Positions 60,937 through 64,000 of a stretch of 64,000 bases of DNA are shown here, in pieces. Source of the stretch: Amoebophrya sp. A120. Its lineage: Eukaryota; Protista; Dinoflagellata. The stretch's first letter is position 1, and the number at the start of each line of letters is the position of its first letter. Where the stretch lies: positions 4,242,258 through 4,306,257 of the forward strand of contig CAJINV010000007.1 in assembly GCA_905178155.1 (NCBI GenBank). Direction: 5' to 3'. The notes beneath the pieces are model-generated. The model searched no databases, had not been told where the DNA came from, and saw only the letters and a program-made list of their open reading frames with translations. The position numbers and the translations under genes were made by a program.

Positions 60937-62190
60937 ATGTCAAAGCTTTACTCCACCATGCTTATCCTCGGTCTTGCGTTCGTTTCCATCGCGAATCCTA
61001 GTCTCGGGCTTGGTCTACTCAAGGCCGCGTCGTCGAGCCAGCCACTCAAGGACGCACACTCCAACTTGGTCGAAACGGCCCTACTCCGGGCGATTTTCAG
61101 ATACCGGTATCTTTCCCTCGTCGAGAAGAGAAAGGCGAAACCAGAGTGGAAGAGTCTGCTTAAGGCGAATCCAACTTTCGAAGTATGTAGCTTTGGGAAT
61201 AGCGGCGAAGATATCCACTGCAAGCATTAATATTCTGGCGTCCGTCAACACATCTAACATGAATACGTTTTCCGCAGCATGTGCATGTTGCATGCGAATG
61301 CGATAAAAGTGTCTATGGAATAACAGCTTCTTTCTAGCACGAAGATCCCTTCTGAGCTAACGTATTGATATTTGCAGTGGATAGCGCAGATTTGGAACAA
61401 CATGAGCAGTGAGGGAATGGACCTTACAAGGGCCGACCGGATGGCAACAGTATTGAATAAGGAGTATCAAAAAAGCCCTTTTGTATCGTCTATGGAACAA
61501 GGAGCCATTCAAAGCTCTTTGCAAACCCATATGGGATATGTACAGGGAGCTCTGCAGAAGTTTACTTCGCACTTGCAGAAACCCTACCAGTTCAATCGTA
61601 CCGTTAGAGAAGATCGCCTGATCTTGTGGCTCAAGGATGCGTACCAGTACTGGCTGTGCGCCGATGCCGTCGCAAAGGAAGTCGAAACGCAAAGTAGGCA
61701 AGAACGTTCCGAACGTTGTTGCCTCTTTGCAAGGACAAGGAGGACCGCGTCCACTGATACGCAGCCTGGTGGCCGCCAGGGTGACATCGTTACGCGTTCA
61801 GAGCTTGACAACCCTATCGCGGACAGAGCTTTACAACGCCATCGTGGAAATCTCGATAAGGAGCTCACACAGGTAATGGAAGCGGAAATCGACGCGACTA
61901 TCACAACGGGAGCCCTGTGGCCGAAAAGTGCTGACCGGAGTCCTCTTCGTTTGCTTCGTCTGCCCCGGTTCGCGCTTCTCGTTCCACATCCTGACGAAAC
62001 TCCTGACTTGGGTCCCGATCACCGTGCGAGGACACGAGCTGCACATCACAATCGCGACAGATACCGATACTCAGCGAGGCCCCCTGGACGTGGTCCGCCT
62101 TCATCCAGTAGCCGACCTTCACAGGAGCTGAGTAACAGAAGTGACAGCTTTCACAGTTCTTCTTCTACTACTGTAGAAGTTCAGCCGTAG
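60937..62190 (+). CDS. Putative secreted orphan protein, at least 2 exons (60937-61182, 61378-62190)
   Basis: Signal-peptide-like MSKLYSTMLILGLAFVSIANPSLG; phase-0 intron GTATGT...TTGCAG at 61183-61377. Confidence 0.7.
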
Positions 62191-64000
62191 ATGTAATTCT
62201 TTTCCTCCTGAAGGAGAAAAAAACAACACAACTTACTTCAACTAGAAGCCGCAAGTGGAGTAGTTGATGTCATCTCGTCGTCCGGATAGGTTGTGCAGGG
62301 TTGCGTCACGAAAGTGGGCGCGCAGCCGCGCAGCCACGTACTCATAGAAGGACGCGGTAGAGGAATTATTTTTTAAAATATTGCTCGACTGCGTTCCTTC
62401 GACGAGGGGAACACTCGACAACAGCTGCGACGTGGCTTGATTATCACGATGGGATGACTGAGTCATCTGAGACGAGGTCGCTTTCGTCTGAGTTTTTTTC
62501 TATAAGTATTTGGTTTACAACATATGTTTATTTTCTCGTATACGTGTTAACTACGGAAACGGAAATGGAGGACGAGCACGAAGATCTTCCGGATGGGTGT
62601 TTGCGTAAACCAAGATCAAGAACAAAATATAATATGAGGAAGTCCTAGCTTTTCCTTTTCTCTAATTATCTTCCAAATGCGCAACAAGCTCGTCAGATTA
62701 ACAAAAGTCACTAGCATTCTCTTTTGGTACGTCAAAACGCAGTCCTAGCATTCTCTCTTGGTTGTCTAGATTGCGTTTCTGAAATGTTCCAACCGTTGGG
62801 TTTGTTTATCTAAGGAATTCCCCAGCTCGACGGATTTTTTGAGTATGCAACAAGTGTAACTACACATCGTCAGCCGTTAGCCTTGCGTGCGGATGACGAT
62901 GAATAGTAGCAGAAAAACAATAAAGTAGCATCACACTGAGCCAGTTGTCGGAGGAGCAAGAACACCCAAAGCCAAAGCAACACAACTAGGGCTATAATTA
63001 CAGTGATACAGCACCCCGATCTTTCGAAGTTTCGAAACCGGGGTCAGCCGCCTCTTTTCTGATATTTCGGGAGGGGGCCAGCGGCGCCATCTTTTATACC
63101 TGTATGATTATTTGGAATCTTCACAGTCATTATTTCCCTTGTATTATTTTTTGAAGGCCCGTATAAACTGGTATTTGTACGTCACTGATACTCTTCTGAC
63201 AGCAGCAGCCTTTCTTTCACGGTGGATCAGCGAGTGAGTATGTTGAGGCCTCAGCTTGTAATTCAACTTCAAGGGAGAAAAGCTGCTAAACTCTGGAGTA
63301 TCATTATCGCTTTACATACACACTTGTTTTTCCATGATAGGAAAAAACGAGTTTCTTTTTGTTATCGCGCCGCCACTTCTAGAAGACCCTGACAACTCTC
63401 GTGACGAATTCCTACATTTTGGAAAGGGCATACTGACAGTGTGCGGTAGTGCAAGTCCTTGACCTCGATGACACGACTTCATCTCAAAGGAAAGAACAAA
63501 ATCAAAAGTAAAATGACTATGAAATACTTCAAATTTGTGGTAAGTAGGTCTTTTTTTTTGGAGAGCGAGGCTTTTGCGCTGAGTTAGAGTTGAATTGTTA
63601 CCGCTGATGTTCATCTCCCTTAAATGTGCTCTGGTGTTTGGCTTTTTGCTTCTGACTGACTGTGTTGCGGCTCTTGCAGCAATTGTTTCTTCTTGCAGAA
63701 GATGAGTCGTCGTTAGTCCCTTTCCCACATCTGTCGTCAAGAAATAGAAAAAGCTGTCCTCGTTCTCAAGTGCAGCCGAAAGCTGATTCGGTTCAGTCGA
63801 GAAATCATGAAGATTCAATCAGATCGGTGTAAGTTGTACCAGTAGAAGTCGTTGTTACTGTGACGTCGTCATCGTTGGCAGTCTTCGTCGGTACTTGATA
63901 CGTGCTTTTCATCGTGCAAATTACTGATGCGACCTGCCTGGTGCAATGTATCATCCTCATCCAATTACTGGTGCACCAGGATGTTGTCAAAAGCGTCCTA

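Noticed and set aside
63312-63990. Minus-strand ORFs at the window end as a gene or strand switch
   Set aside because: No recognisable motif or clear codon bias; cannot be supported without the next window

Overview
Eukaryotic nuclear DNA, not prokaryotic. It is gene-dense and spliced, and every credible gene lies on the + strand. Many proteins are swollen with S/T/A/G-rich low-complexity inserts, and introns are a mix of GT-AG and non-canonical types bounded by inverted or direct repeats. This combination best fits a parasitic dinoflagellate (Syndiniales, Amoebophrya-like); that assignment is inference, not a database result. Recognisable genes: a nucleotide-diphospho-sugar transferase-like protein, a Q-rich coiled-coil protein, three dispersed paralogues of a Cys-rich 'WxDPHNxGxY...CSxSQV...STNxCN' family, a SWIM-finger-fused bacterial/phage-type ATP-dependent DNA ligase, a 2449-aa single-ORF protein, a Vma12/TMEM199-like protein and several secreted orphans. 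Mobile and repeat content: hairpin introner-type elements (two with clean 5-bp target duplications), an intron made by an 18-bp duplication spanning AG|GT, a TTA-flanked PIF/Harbinger-type MITE, Helitron-like hairpin ends, and a G-rich compound minisatellite around an assembly gap. Exon joins were worked out by eye and need RNA confirmation.
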